This document shows, piece after piece, positions 37,174 to 48,900 of a DNA stretch of 64,000 nt. The notes below the pieces were generated by a model. The model made no database searches, was not told the DNA's origin, and saw nothing but the letters and a program-made list of their open reading frames with translations. This DNA is from a virus. The position numbers and the translations under genes were made by a program. The stretch is from IMG/VR virus record IMGVR_UViG_3300044609_000595, positions 32,001 through 96,000 of that record; one strand, given 5' to 3'. The first letter of the stretch is position 1. Each line of letters opens with the position of its first letter.

Positions 37174-37815
37174 ATGACATATCAAATATATGACTTGTTT
37201 CCAACACCATTGTTTACCCAACAAAATTTTCTTTCTGAAGAACATCTTAAACAAGTACAAAATCTCATAATTAATTCTGAATTTTTTGATCATTCTGATG
37301 ATAACTATGGAGTTAATCCAACTGCATCTAAAAATATTTTAAAATCACTTCCTGAAGTTAAACAGGAAATTATGGAAACATTTAAAGAATATGCTAGAAA
37401 TATTCTTCGAATAGATTTTAGCATAGATTTTGCGATGGGATCTTGTTGGGGTACTTTGACAAAACCAGGACAAAAATCTAAACCTCATATACATTCAAAT
37501 TATTATTACAGTGGTTGTTATTATATTTCTGATGAACCATCAGCCATAGAATTTCATTTGGGACCCTCGGTTTATAATCATCATGAACGTTTTATGTTTA
37601 AGTATCTTGAACATAATGCATACAATAATAACAAATTAATTTATTATCCAGTTAAAAATGAAATCATATTTTTTCCAGCTTATTTGAAACATCAAATAAC
37701 TAAAAATACATCAGATAAAAATAGATACTCAGTAGCGTTTAATATTCATCCATCTGGAGTTTATGGACGCCACGATAGTCAGTTACACATTCAAGTTATT
37801 GATGATTTAGATTAA
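37174..37815 (+). CDS. 2OG-Fe(II) oxygenase-like protein (TIGR02466-type)
   Basis: LFPTP, HIHSNYYYSGCYY, FFPAYLKH, RYSVAFN. Confidence 0.85.
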   Translation: MTYQIYDLFPTPLFTQQNFLSEEHLKQVQNLIINSEFFDHSDDNYGVNPTASKNILKSLPEVKQEIMETFKEYARNILRIDFSIDFAMGSCWGTLTKPGQKSKPHIHSNYYYSGCYYISDEPSAIEFHLGPSVYNHHERFMFKYLEHNAYNNNKLIYYPVKNEIIFFPAYLKHQITKNTSDKNRYSVAFNIHPSGVYGRHDSQLHIQVIDDLD

Positions 37816-37850
37816 AACCTGCTTAAATAGTAATGAACAGGTTGTGTAAC

Positions 37851-38117
37851 ATGAAATACATTCTTTCCCAATCTTATTGCTTCTATATGGGAGAAGTTGT
37901 TAGAATGTATTTTATCCAAGGTATGCCATATACCTTCGACGAACTTCCTGCTCTTATTCAAGACCACCCATCAGTTCAAACTGAAGCATTGAGTAATCGT
38001 GATTTTGATGACGAAGATTTGTATACTTGGTCCAATTATTTGATGATGGAAGAAGCCCACCCTCTAATGTTTGAATTAGAATTTGAAAATCCTGAGTTAT
38101 TGCCTAAAGATGATTAA
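37851..38117 (+). CDS. Hypothetical protein
   Basis: MKYILSQSYCFY...YLMMEEAHPL; start uncertain. Confidence 0.7.
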   Translation: MKYILSQSYCFYMGEVVRMYFIQGMPYTFDELPALIQDHPSVQTEALSNRDFDDEDLYTWSNYLMMEEAHPLMFELEFENPELLPKDD

Positions 38118-38631
38118 CGAATTTTTTAGATTAATTGAAGGACGTTTTGAAAATAAAACTCAAGCAATGACATATCCTTCGAGATATGCTATGATTAGAG
38201 TTACCCATGTCAATCTTGGTGGTGGTTTAATTTATGGAGAACAAGCTTACAATTATCAACTAAATAAACCGTACCGTCAATTTGTTCTTCGGCCTGTAGA
38301 AGAAAACGGTCAAATTCATATCTATAATTATGAATTGATTGATAAAGAAAACTACACTGGCTTCAAAAGACTTGACGAAATAGACCAGGATGTGCTAAGA
38401 TTAAGGAGTGGTTGCGATGTCTTCATGACACCAAAAAACAATTCTTTCGTGGGGGGTATCCAAGGATGTGATTGTATGGTAGACTGGATGGGTCGTCAAA
38501 CCTACCTCCAAAACGAAATTGAGATAACACCATCTCATTATTATGTTATGGATCGTGGATTCTGTGCTGAACATAAACATCAGCTCTGGGGTTCTAAATA
38601 TGGTAGGTTTGAATTTGTTAGAATGTCATGA
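38110..38631 (+). CDS. cpeT: Phycobiliprotein lyase, CpeT/CpcT family
   Basis: FENKTQA..YP..YA, YGEQAY....PYRQ, GCD, DRGF....QLWGS..G.FEF. Confidence 0.88.
   Translation: MINEFFRLIEGRFENKTQAMTYPSRYAMIRVTHVNLGGGLIYGEQAYNYQLNKPYRQFVLRPVEENGQIHIYNYELIDKENYTGFKRLDEIDQDVLRLRSGCDVFMTPKNNSFVGGIQGCDCMVDWMGRQTYLQNEIEITPSHYYVMDRGFCAEHKHQLWGSKYGRFEFVRMS
38372..38401 (+). promoter_or_regulatory. Putative sigma70 promoter inside cpeT
   Basis: TTGACG-18-TAAGAT with TG extension. Confidence 0.45.
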
Positions 38632-39029
38632 AAAATCCTTGGAAAGCTTTAATAGCTAAAGCAAAAACAGCAGCCAGACCTGGACAAGAGAAAAAAAATG
38701 GTATCAAACGAACTGAACCATTAGATGTTACTATTGATGAACTTTATTTGAGAAATCAATTTGCTGAACAAAATGGTAAATGTTATTGGACTGAATTTCC
38801 CATAGACCCCTTTGGTGTGTATGAAAAAAGTAATCCACTAAGTCCAAGTTTAGAAAGGCTTGATGAATCATTGGGATATATTCCTGGAAACGTAGTCATT
38901 GCTTTAAGGTTATTTAATCTTGGTAGGCAAAGATGTCCAGAAAAAAAATTTAGAAATCAAGTAGAAAAATTAAAAAAACATTTTCAAGGAAAGCAAGTGA
39001 CTTCTAATTTACATAATTTTTTGTGTTAA
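38628..39029 (+). CDS. HNH-like endonuclease
   Basis: QNGKCYWT...SPSLERLDESLGYIPGNVV...FN beta-beta-alpha-like motif. Confidence 0.7.
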   Translation: MKNPWKALIAKAKTAARPGQEKKNGIKRTEPLDVTIDELYLRNQFAEQNGKCYWTEFPIDPFGVYEKSNPLSPSLERLDESLGYIPGNVVIALRLFNLGRQRCPEKKFRNQVEKLKKHFQGKQVTSNLHNFLC

Positions 39030-39039
39030 ATAATTATAT

Positions 39040-39111
39040 GCCCTTGTAGCTCAGTGGTAGAGCAACGGTTTTGTAAACCGTTGGTCGTCTGTTCGAATCA
39101 GATCGGGGGCT
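39040..39111 (+). tRNA. tRNA-Thr(UGU)
   Basis: GCCCTTG/CGGGGGC acceptor, ACGGT-TTTGTAA-ACCGT, TTCGAAT. Confidence 0.92.
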
Positions 39112-39245
39112 TTGGTAGTCGTTAGGCACATAGCTTAGAAAGACGCCAAACGTAGGTGCCAAAACCGCTCCTCAGTCCTAGTATTCTGTGTCTGAGTGAA
39201 TGTAAAGAGTGGGGACATAGGTAAAGTCCTCGACGCCTACCACAA

Positions 39246-39317
39246 CTTCTGGTAGTCTATTGGTAAGGACGGGTGGACAACACACATGGAAACTAGGTTC
39301 GATTCCTAGACAGAGGA
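39246..39317 (+). ncRNA. tRNA-like RNA with aberrant anticodon arm
   Basis: Acceptor CTTCTG/CAGAGG, D arm GTCTATTGGTAAGGAC, perfect T arm CTAGG-TTCGATT-CCTAG, no canonical 5-bp stem with 7-nt anticodon loop. Confidence 0.65.
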
Positions 39318-39435
39318 AATAAGGTAAGGAAAGTAAAAGGAGCATGGGAACCGTATGGAGATACCGCACCTGCCTTGTTAACACCCCTCAAGCCTATCTC
39401 GGGACGCCGAATGATGCTCAAACAGAGGGGTCACT

Positions 39436-39515
39436 GCCCAAGTGGTGAAATTGGTATACACGCATGACTTAGGATCATGTGCTTCGGCGTGGAGGTTCGA
39501 GTCCTCTCTTGGGCA
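39436..39515 (+). tRNA. tRNA-Leu(UAG)
   Basis: GCCCAAG/CTTGGGC acceptor, CATGA-CTTAGGA-TCATG, variable arm. Confidence 0.92.
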
Positions 39516-39533
39516 CTTCGGATTCTGTAATCC

Positions 39534-39602
39534 GAAATTGAAAAACTAAATCCATGAAACGGGGAAAAAATTCTCCGCCAAAAAATCGTCAAAAAAGTCG
39601 AG
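39534..39602. repeat. Phased A-tract element, copy 2
   Basis: GAAATTGAAAAACTAAATCCATGAAACGGGGAAAAAATTCTCCGCCAAAAAATCGTCAAAAAAGTCGAG. Confidence 0.75.
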
Positions 39603-39611
39603 GGTAAAAAA

Positions 39612-39755
39612 ATGAGCTTACTTTCTAAAAAAGATCACGAAATAGTCATCGAGGCACTAGAAACCCTAATTCAATCAAAAGAGGAATCTGACGATAAATT
39701 TGAATACTATAATTTACTCAATTGGGTAAAACTTAAATCAAAAGATAAATTTTGA
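39612..39755 (+). CDS. Small hypothetical protein (47 aa)
   Basis: MSLLSKKDHEIVIEALE...YYNLLNWVKLK..*. Confidence 0.55.
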   Translation: MSLLSKKDHEIVIEALETLIQSKEESDDKFEYYNLLNWVKLKSKDKF

Positions 39756-39762
39756 TAATTAT

Positions 39763-39834
39763 TGGAGTGTAGCTCAGTGGTAGAGCGGTCGGCTGTTAAC
39801 CGATTGGTCGTAGGTTCGAATCCCACCACTCCAG
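39763..39834 (+). tRNA. tRNA-Asn(GUU)
   Basis: TGGAGTG/CACTCCA acceptor, GTCGG-CTGTTAA-CCGAT, TTCGAAT. Confidence 0.92.
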
Positions 39835-39875
39835 TTGGCGATACTGTCAAACCAGACCCCTTCCGTGTGACTTTG

Positions 39876-39903
39876 AAACCTCCCTTCTATGGGGGGTTTT
39901 ATT
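39876..39903 (+). terminator. Terminator after the tRNA region
   Basis: AAACCTCCC-TTCTAT-GGGGGGTTTT. Confidence 0.7.
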
Positions 39904-39904
39904 G

Positions 39905-39912
39905 TATAAATA
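39905..39912 (+). promoter_or_regulatory. T4 late promoter TATAAATA
   Basis: Exact consensus 40 nt upstream of the giant structural gene. Confidence 0.85.
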
Positions 39913-39952
39913 CTCGTAAGAAGAAAAACGTAACTACAAGGTCTGAGTAATT

Positions 39953-42900
39953 ATGGCTCTTACAAGACTTGATAATCTTTACTCAAGTAAAACTGGCAGA
40001 TATTTATATGTTTCACCAGATGATTTTAATGCTACTGATGAATTAGACAATCGAGGAAATTCTCCTCTACGTCCATTTAAAACAATCCAGAGAGCCTTTA
40101 TCGAAGTAGCTCGTTATTCATACCTCCCAGGTAGAAATAACGATAGATTTGACCAGTTCAGCATCATGTTGATGCCTGGTAATCACTATATCGACAACCG
40201 CCCAGGTGTAGTTGGTGTTACTAACACAGAACCAAGATATCTTGACGGTGCTAATTTAATCGAAGCAAACCGCCAAGAAATTATTGACAGAGCATTTGCT
40301 GAAATTGCTGTTGAATATGACGAATCTCTTTGGGGAACTGATTGGGTAGTTCCTGGGGATCCCATCAACAGCGATTTAAACAGAGGATTCGATTCATATA
40401 GATTAATCCAAAAAAATCGTTTAGACATTATTGATGAAGCCTTCAACACAATGTTGGCTTTTAATCCAGGATTTGAAGTTCCTAATGGTGATGCAAAATG
40501 TAAGAGAGATATTGGATATTTTGTTGATGCCGTATCTTTAGACATCCTTTTGGGTGGCAGTAACAAGTATACTCGCAAGTTTATTCAAAATTATTTTAAT
40601 TCCACTGGCACTGCTTGGCTTTCCAACACGTTACAAGGTGAGCAAACGCAATCAATTCAAGCATTTAATGCTGCCAGAGATTTGATGAATGAAGCTGTAA
40701 CCAATCAGCTAGATTACAAAGATTTAACTCTTACTGCAGATCCCCTAGTTGGTTCTAATGTAAATATAAATTCTTGTGCAAACATCAGATCTGCTATTAC
40801 TTCTCTCACTACATTAGTTACTGATAGAATTACTGCAAATTCTCTAAATGGTCTTCCTGCAGAAACCCCAGGCATCTTAATCGGTCCAGGTCAATCAATT
40901 TGCCAACGTGATATTGGCTATATTGTTGATGCTGTTGTTGCTGACCTTAAAACTGGTGGAAATAGCAATTCAGTTCAAGCTGCTAGATCATATTTTGATA
41001 GAAATGGTGATCCAATTGCCAATGGTTTGATTGGAGAAGAATCTCAATCAATTATTGCATTCGATGCAGCTAAAGTTATGATGAAAAAGGCTGTAACCAA
41101 CCAGCTGTATTCTAAAGATTTAACTTTGCTAGAAGGTCCTTCTATTGCAAACGCTTCCACAGAGATTCAACCAATTCTTCCTTCTGGCAATGAATTAAGC
41201 TGTGTTGATGTTCAAAATAGCATCGAAACTCTAATTGCTATTATCACTAGTGTAATTGCTGATGGTAATTTAACCAGTCTAGCTGATATTCAAATTACTG
41301 GTGATATTCCTGTATTTAATTACAATCAAGCTTTAGAAGAGTGGAATGACAACAGCATTCTAGATCTTTCTAACCCAGATAACGTTCTCTACAAATTTAA
41401 CGCTGCCACTGGCGGTGCTATCGTGCCCAGAGGCTGCTCTCTAATCGGCTACGACCTGCGTAGAACTATTGTACGACCTCTTTATGTACCTGATCCTGCA
41501 GACGGCACACAGGCCCGTACATCGATCTTTAACCTAACTGGTGGTTGCTACATTTGGCAGTTTACAATTAAGGATGGTGATCTTTCTGCTAATTCTCCTT
41601 TGTTTGATGAAACAAATGGTGTAGGTAAAGTATATTTCCAAAAAGGAAATACAGTAAATCTTGCGATACCTGAGTATTCGCACCATAAGATTACTATCAT
41701 GACTTATGCTGATAGTGATGATTTAACAGATTATTACACTAAAATTGGCAGGGCGTTTGCTAAATTCCAGCCATCTATTGATAATGCTGGAGAATTTGAT
41801 GCTCTAGTACAAGAAAATAGAATTGTAGGACCTTTATCAGATACTAGAAGAATTGACAGCATTCAAGTGTTTGATTCTTCTCCAGCAGGAACCTTAACTC
41901 TTCGTGTAACCACTAAGATTGACCATGGTTACTTTGTAGACCAATATGTTGCTATTTTAAATACTGGATTAGATGAAGCTATCAACGGTACAGTAAAAGT
42001 TACTGCAATTGACAATAGCAATCCTAGAGTATTTGAATACGAAATTAATGCAACTACTGCTGCTCTTGGATTAGTTAGCGGTCAAATTTATACTGCTGCT
42101 AGCGGTCTTAGTACCAATGCAGTTTCTCAAGCAGAAATTGACTCAGTAGAATCTGCTTCTCCATATGTATTCAACTGCTCAATTCGCTCCACCTGGGGTA
42201 TTTGTGGCATGTGGGCGGATGGATCTAAAGCAACTGGATTCAAGTCGATGGTTGTTGCCCAGTATACTGGTGTTTCACTACAGAGAGATGACAGAGCATT
42301 TATTCGTTATGATAGATTTACCAATACTTGGAATCAAGCATCACTGACTGATGCGTTTGCTACTGTAGCTTATCACACCAAGGGCGATGCTTACTGGAAG
42401 GATGACTGGAGAAACTTCCACATTCGTGCTTCTGACGATTCCTTCATTCAGTGTGTTTCGGTCTTTGCTGTAGGATTCTTTGATCACTTCTTAATGGAAT
42501 CTGGTGGTGACATGTCCATCACCAACTCCAACTCCAACTTCGGTAATACTTCACTTCACGCTGTAGGATTTAAAGGATTCTCGTTCAATCAGGATAAAGG
42601 TGGTTATATCACTGATATTATCCCACCAAGAACTATTAATAGTTCACCAAGCAACGAAGAAAAAATACAGTATTATACGCTTGATATTCAAGCATCTAAT
42701 GCACAAAACAATCATACCAGACTTTATATTGGTTCAGATGATGCTACCGATCCAGCAGATCGCCCAGCAGCAACAGTAAGTGGTTACAGAATTGGTGCCA
42801 GAAGTAATGAAAAACTTTATGTAAAATTAGATGATGGAACATATAATGTTACCCTTGAACCAAATGGTTTTGTTTCTTATAAAGCATCGCTAGAAACTCT

Positions 42901-45900
42901 AAACCCAGCTGGTATTCAAATTGATAACGTAGCTCAAGACGCTGCTAATAGAATTGAAGATAACAAAACATTAATTCAAAACGAAGCTTACAATTATATC
43001 ATTGCTAAGTATCCATATCTACTAACCAGACAAAGCATCACAATTGCTAAATGTGAAAGAGACATCGGCTATTTTGTTGATGCTGTAGTACAAGATCTTA
43101 GACTTGGTGGTAATGTAAACACCATTCAAGCTGCCGAAGGTTATTACGTTGGTGGTTCTTTAGCCTACATTAATAGTGAATTAGACGAAACTATCGAAGC
43201 TCTTGATTATGTCAAGAACATGTGTATCGCAGCAATGCGTAACTTTGATGTTCTTATTAGAAATTGTGAGACAGAAGCTGGTTCTGCGATTGTAAATGTT
43301 GGTGATACAACAGGTCTTCTGGTTGGTATGTCAGTTGCTGAATACAATCCATCAGCATTTGTCAATAATAAACTGACTAGTGGGATTTCCCCAATCACTT
43401 CTAATATTCCAACAAATACTTACATTAAGAGAATTCTTGATGATCAAAGAATTGAATTAGGAGAATCTTCTTCCAAATTAACCGCTGGCAATACAATTGA
43501 TGCTCAGCAATCATCATCAACTGCATACCTCTATTTTGATTATCAATTCGGTGCATGGTCTAGCCTACAACCAACCAAAGATGATAGCTTAATTCAAGAT
43601 ACCAATTATCCAGAATGTGCTGATATTGCAACTACGATTTCACAATATTTTAGTGACATATTTGTTGTAATAAATCAAGGATTAACTCCTCTTGGTGGCA
43701 GAGAAATTGATGCACATAACTTAATTTTAGCAAACAAAGAATTGATTGCTGAAGTTGCTGTTGACAGAATGTTAACAAATTATCCTGGTTTTGTTATTCC
43801 AAACGGAAATCAAAACTGTGTGGATGATATTATTGATGTTATGGAAGCAATTGCTTTTAACGTCAAATATGGTGGTAATAATAAAGTATATGAAGCTGGC
43901 GAAATTTATATCAGTGGACAGCATGTTGAAGGAGAGGAAGATCAAGCAGTTTATGCATTCTTGCAGGCTAAAGACATTGCCATTCAAGTAATGAGAAATG
44001 AACCAGTAACTATTACTGGTTCAACTAGAACTCAATTTATTGATTCTACTATTGTAGTAGATCCACAATCACCAACTTGTGCAAATATTGCTTCTGCAAT
44101 TACGAACTTAACTTCTATTATTACACAATCTATTGGCACATCAACAGTTTCTGGTAGCTTAGTTGGAATTACTAAATCAATTCCAACTATCACATCAGTA
44201 AATAAAATTGAACCAATTATTGATTTTAATGGTCTTTCTAAGAGAGCAACATTATTCACAATTAACACTGGGGAAGCAACTTCCAACCCACACCAATTTG
44301 AAACTGGAACTCCAGTTAAACTTATTCCTAAGGCAAAAGAAGGAACTAATCCAGATAAGAGAGTTATTCGTCTACCAAAAGGATTTAGCACCAACACCAA
44401 GTATTATGTAATTGCTCCTGGTAGATTTACTCAGCCAGAAGATTACTCTGGCACCACATATTTTGATGGCTCGGATCAGACCAAATTGATGCTGGCTGCT
44501 ACAAAAGAGAATGCTGCTGCTGGTATCTTTATTTACTCACCAGAAACAGATTCTGTAGATCCTGATGTAGAAATTGAAGTTCAAAGATACATTCTTGACA
44601 ATACATATGATCTACACAAATACAGATGTAATGTTGCTGGTGCTGGAGAAATTGAAACTGACGTTGCACATATCTTTGATCTTCCTAGCAATTCAGTAAC
44701 TCCTCAGCTAGTATTCTTCCGTGTTGCAAATGATATTCTTGGTTCCGATCTTCCAGAAATCGCTGGTGCAGGAACTATCAATACACAAACATATTATTAT
44801 GCTAGATTTATCTCACCAAAGAAATTTAGTATTCACACAACATTTGCTGATGCAATTGCTGGAGTAAATGCGGTTTCGTTTGTTCCTGGTAGTGGGCAGA
44901 ACTTCTATGTATTTGCTAACAAGCGTACCAGCCCACTAAGATTTGAAGCTGCTCCTAGAGATGAAGATGGACTATTACTGAATACCAGTGGTCTTTGGTA
45001 CTTACAAGTTAAAGATGAAACATCAAGCAATCCAAATACAGAAAGCATTCTGTATCGTTTCAAGGATATTGCTGCTTACGGTCCTGGTTCTGGCAAAATA
45101 AGAACACTTGATACTTGGTTTACTAGATTACAAGATACCAGAGGTAAAGAAGATCGTGTTTATAGATTACGTTATGTAATTCCTAAGTATCTTGAAACTG
45201 TTCGTGATCCTCTCAACGGTTTTGTTATCAAAGTTCGTACAGACGATAAGAGACGTTTAGTTCCACAAAAATTTGTACTTAAGCCAATTGGCGGTGCTCC
45301 ATCTGTAGCTAGATTTGACAACCCAGAACAGATTGGCGAAAGAATTGGCTATACCAAAACTGAACTTCTCGAAGATTATGGTATTGCTAATCCTACTTAC
45401 GATCCATACTTAGCACCTAAAGTAATTGGTAGCGAAAGAACTCAGAGTAAGATTGCCTTTACAATTCAGTCTGCTAGAAAAATTGAAGATGAAAGTACAG
45501 AATATCTAGAAATCACCGCATTTGATCATGCTATCACGAATGAAGGACTGAAAAATGAAATTTTCAGTGTTGTTGAAATTAATTTCCCTCAGGGTGGAAC
45601 ATTCTCGGTTAATAATGTTGGCGCTGGATTATCAAATCTAGTAACCTGGAATGGCTTCTCTAGTGGAAGTGGTTATATCCAAGGATATTTCGAAGAAAAT
45701 AATAATTATTATCTAGTAATCAAAAATATCACTGGTCAGATTAAATATAGCAGCATTGTTTCTACTAGATTTACTCAGGGTGATGTATTTGCTGATCTAA
45801 TGGCTAAACCCAATAGCATGGGTGATCCGAATGGCAAGGATAAGTCTGATCGCAGAGATTATCTGTACAGAATTGAAGGAGCCAATGTTTATACTTTAGT

Positions 45901-48900
45901 TCCAGGAGATATTATTACTGATGATGCTAATAATCAGTATAGAATTGAAAATGTTCGTGACGCTGGAAATCTTGAAGATAGTTTCTACATCTTCGACATC
46001 GACACAATTCAAGAGAGAATTGCTGGTCAACAAGATGGTATTTACTATCTAACTTGCCTTCGTGGTAACATTTCTCCATTCCCAACTGGAGCTGGTGTTG
46101 GTACAAACTTCAGAAACTTTAAGTTCTCGCAGCCAATTTCACAACTATATCCACAGAATTATAAGAATGATCCTACGTGGTTCAAGCAAGTTAATTCTGT
46201 ATACAATGATCCCCCTGCATCTATTGCTGCAGCAGACAACTATATTCATGGTTTAGTTACTATCAACGATGCTAAAAATAGCGAAACTAAAGAATTGGTT
46301 CAGGATTTAATTCTGCAGCCAGCATTAACTAATTTCACTTTTGTTAAGGCAGAATCTTTAAGTTCCGCAACTTTAAATCCAGTTGGTGGTTCTAATATCA
46401 TCGAAGCTCAGGAAGGTAATGCTACTTCTGGTTCGGAAGATAGATACATTCCTATTGCTGGTGATTCTGATTTCCCAACCGAAGGAAAACTTTATGTAGA
46501 ACTACGTAGACCTTCTATTGCACGTTCGGGCAACCATACATTTGAATACCTAGGTTTCGGTCCTGGTAACTACTCAACTGGCTTCCCACTTCGCCAGGAA
46601 GTTGTTCTTGCCGATGTTCAAGACTTCTATGCTCAGTCTAAGAGAGAAGACGGTGGTATCGTATTCTATACTGGTCTAAACTCCAACGGCGATCTTTACA
46701 TTGGCAACAGAAAAGTCAACGCTATTACTGGCGAAGAAACTTTCCTTGAAAGAGCAGTTCTAGAAGAATCTGCTGATGACGGTGGAGATGATTTGGGTGG
46801 TCTAGTTACAACCTTCGACACTCCTGTAACATTTAATGATAGAATTACTGTTGAAGGTAATGCTAATTTTAACAATCCTGTAGAGATTAGTGTTGCTGCA
46901 AACGAAGGAACTCCTCTTAGAATCTTCAGTGTAGTTAATGCTGATCTTGGCGATGATATTACATTAGGAAGAGCACAATTCCCTCAATCTAATGATGGTG
47001 ACATTACTCTAGGTAAGAATAGAATTAATGCTGCAGTATATGGAATTACTCCAAGACAAGTTCTTGGTTTAGATGGTCAAGCATATTCTATTAGAACTCA
47101 CTTTGTAAATGGTCTTGGACCATCGAATACAACTCCAGATCAAAATGCAACATTCAGTTCTCTGCAGGCAGTATCCTATAGTTCTACTCAAAATCCAAAG
47201 CCAGGTGATATTTTACTAAAAGGCAGTGAAGTAGGACGTTCAGGTTCACTTGGTTGGATATATGCCAACTATTATGCTGAAATTGCTGATGCCAGCATTC
47301 AAACAATTGTTAGTGATGGCATTCGCATGACAATTGAATGGGCTCCTGGCATAACAAATGCTGATGTTAACGTCATTGCAGGTGCTCAGCTAAGAATTAC
47401 AAACTTCGGCACGAATCCAAATCTTAACGGCATTTGGACTGTTCTTTCTAATGGATTTAGTTCCAGTGGTACTTCATGCCAAATTCAAATTATTATAACT
47501 CCAGCAGTTGGTGTTCTTTATACTTGGTCTACCGTTCCTGGTGCCAAGATGGAAGTTGCCCGCTCCAATTGGAAGGAAACTGGACTACTTGGTGCAGAAG
47601 CACTCAGAACTGAGACAGAAACCTGGGGCGATTATAAGTTAGGTATCAACACTCTTTCTAGAGCTTCTGATCTTGCTTACTTGAATGGATTTGTTCAAAC
47701 TCAAACACAACCAAGAGCTAATCTTGATGTTGTTGGTGATGCATTTATTAGCGGTACAAATACTGCAATTACTGTAACAAATACAGGAAATCAAGTTAAG
47801 ACTACAACTAAACTAGATAATGCTTTCTTAGTTGGTGGAAATAGTGCTTCTCCAAACCAAGCTGCAACACTAAGAGTTGCAACTATTGATATCCCATCTG
47901 GTAGTAGAGCAACAACTACTTATAGAGACGGTGGAAGATTTGGTATTAATACAACAATTAATACTAATGCATCAACTGATCTAGATAGAAACTTAGTTGT
48001 TGTTGGTGATGGTAGAATTACAGGCAATCTGTTAATTCAAGATGATATTAGTGTAAACGGTGGAGATATTAACACCACTAACAATGTATTCAATTTTGTT
48101 AACAATAATGCTACTATATTGAATATTGCTGGTAGCGGTGAAATCTTTAGCATTGGTAATAATGCTGCTGGCTCACAAAATGTTAATATTGGCAATAATG
48201 CTTCATCTCAAGTAATTGAAATTGGTGGCAATGCAACAATTACCAGACTTGGTATTCACAAAAATTCTCTTGACGCTAGCGTTGATATTGCCTCTGTAAA
48301 TGATAATGCTGCTAACAAGGCAAACATCGTTATTGGTGGTGCCTGGGGCAATCTGAACAGCCAAACAACAATTGGTACATTCCAAACCAAGGTTGCTGGT
48401 CAACTTGAAATTGGTACTAAGTATGCTCCAGGAACAAGCACTGCTAGATTGTTCACTCAAGCAAGAACAGTAAATCTATTTGATGGAGACCAAACAACTA
48501 CAGTTAACTTTGGTCCAAACGCTACCAAGATGTCAATTGGTTCTGTTGGTGGTAATACTTACATCAGAAACACTCTCAATGTTGATGCTAGCACAATTCT
48601 TAATTCTGAATTGAGACTATCTGGTGGTCTCAAGTCTGGCATCATTCAAATTCAAAGAGGAAGATTCTCTACAACTCCAGCTGCTCATGTTGTTGGTAGC
48701 CTAGAGAATCCAAATATTGATTTCTATAGATACGAAACATTAGGTAGAAAAATTGATACTGCTGGTGAAACTTTATGGGGTGGTCCAGCATTCTTGATTG
48801 CTGGTGGTCAAATTGCAGGAATTGATACTATTGGTGCCGTAAGTCCATCCAGATTACCAGGAACATATACTTTTATTGCTCCAACGGGTGGAACTGGCAC

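Noticed and set aside
39178-39384. 68-aa minus-strand ORF in the tRNA spacer
   Set aside because: Antisense to the tRNA transcript and overlaps structured RNA modules; no coding evidence
39762-39950. 62-aa ORF MECSSVVERSAVNRLVVGSNPT
   Set aside because: It is a translation of the tRNA-Asn gene
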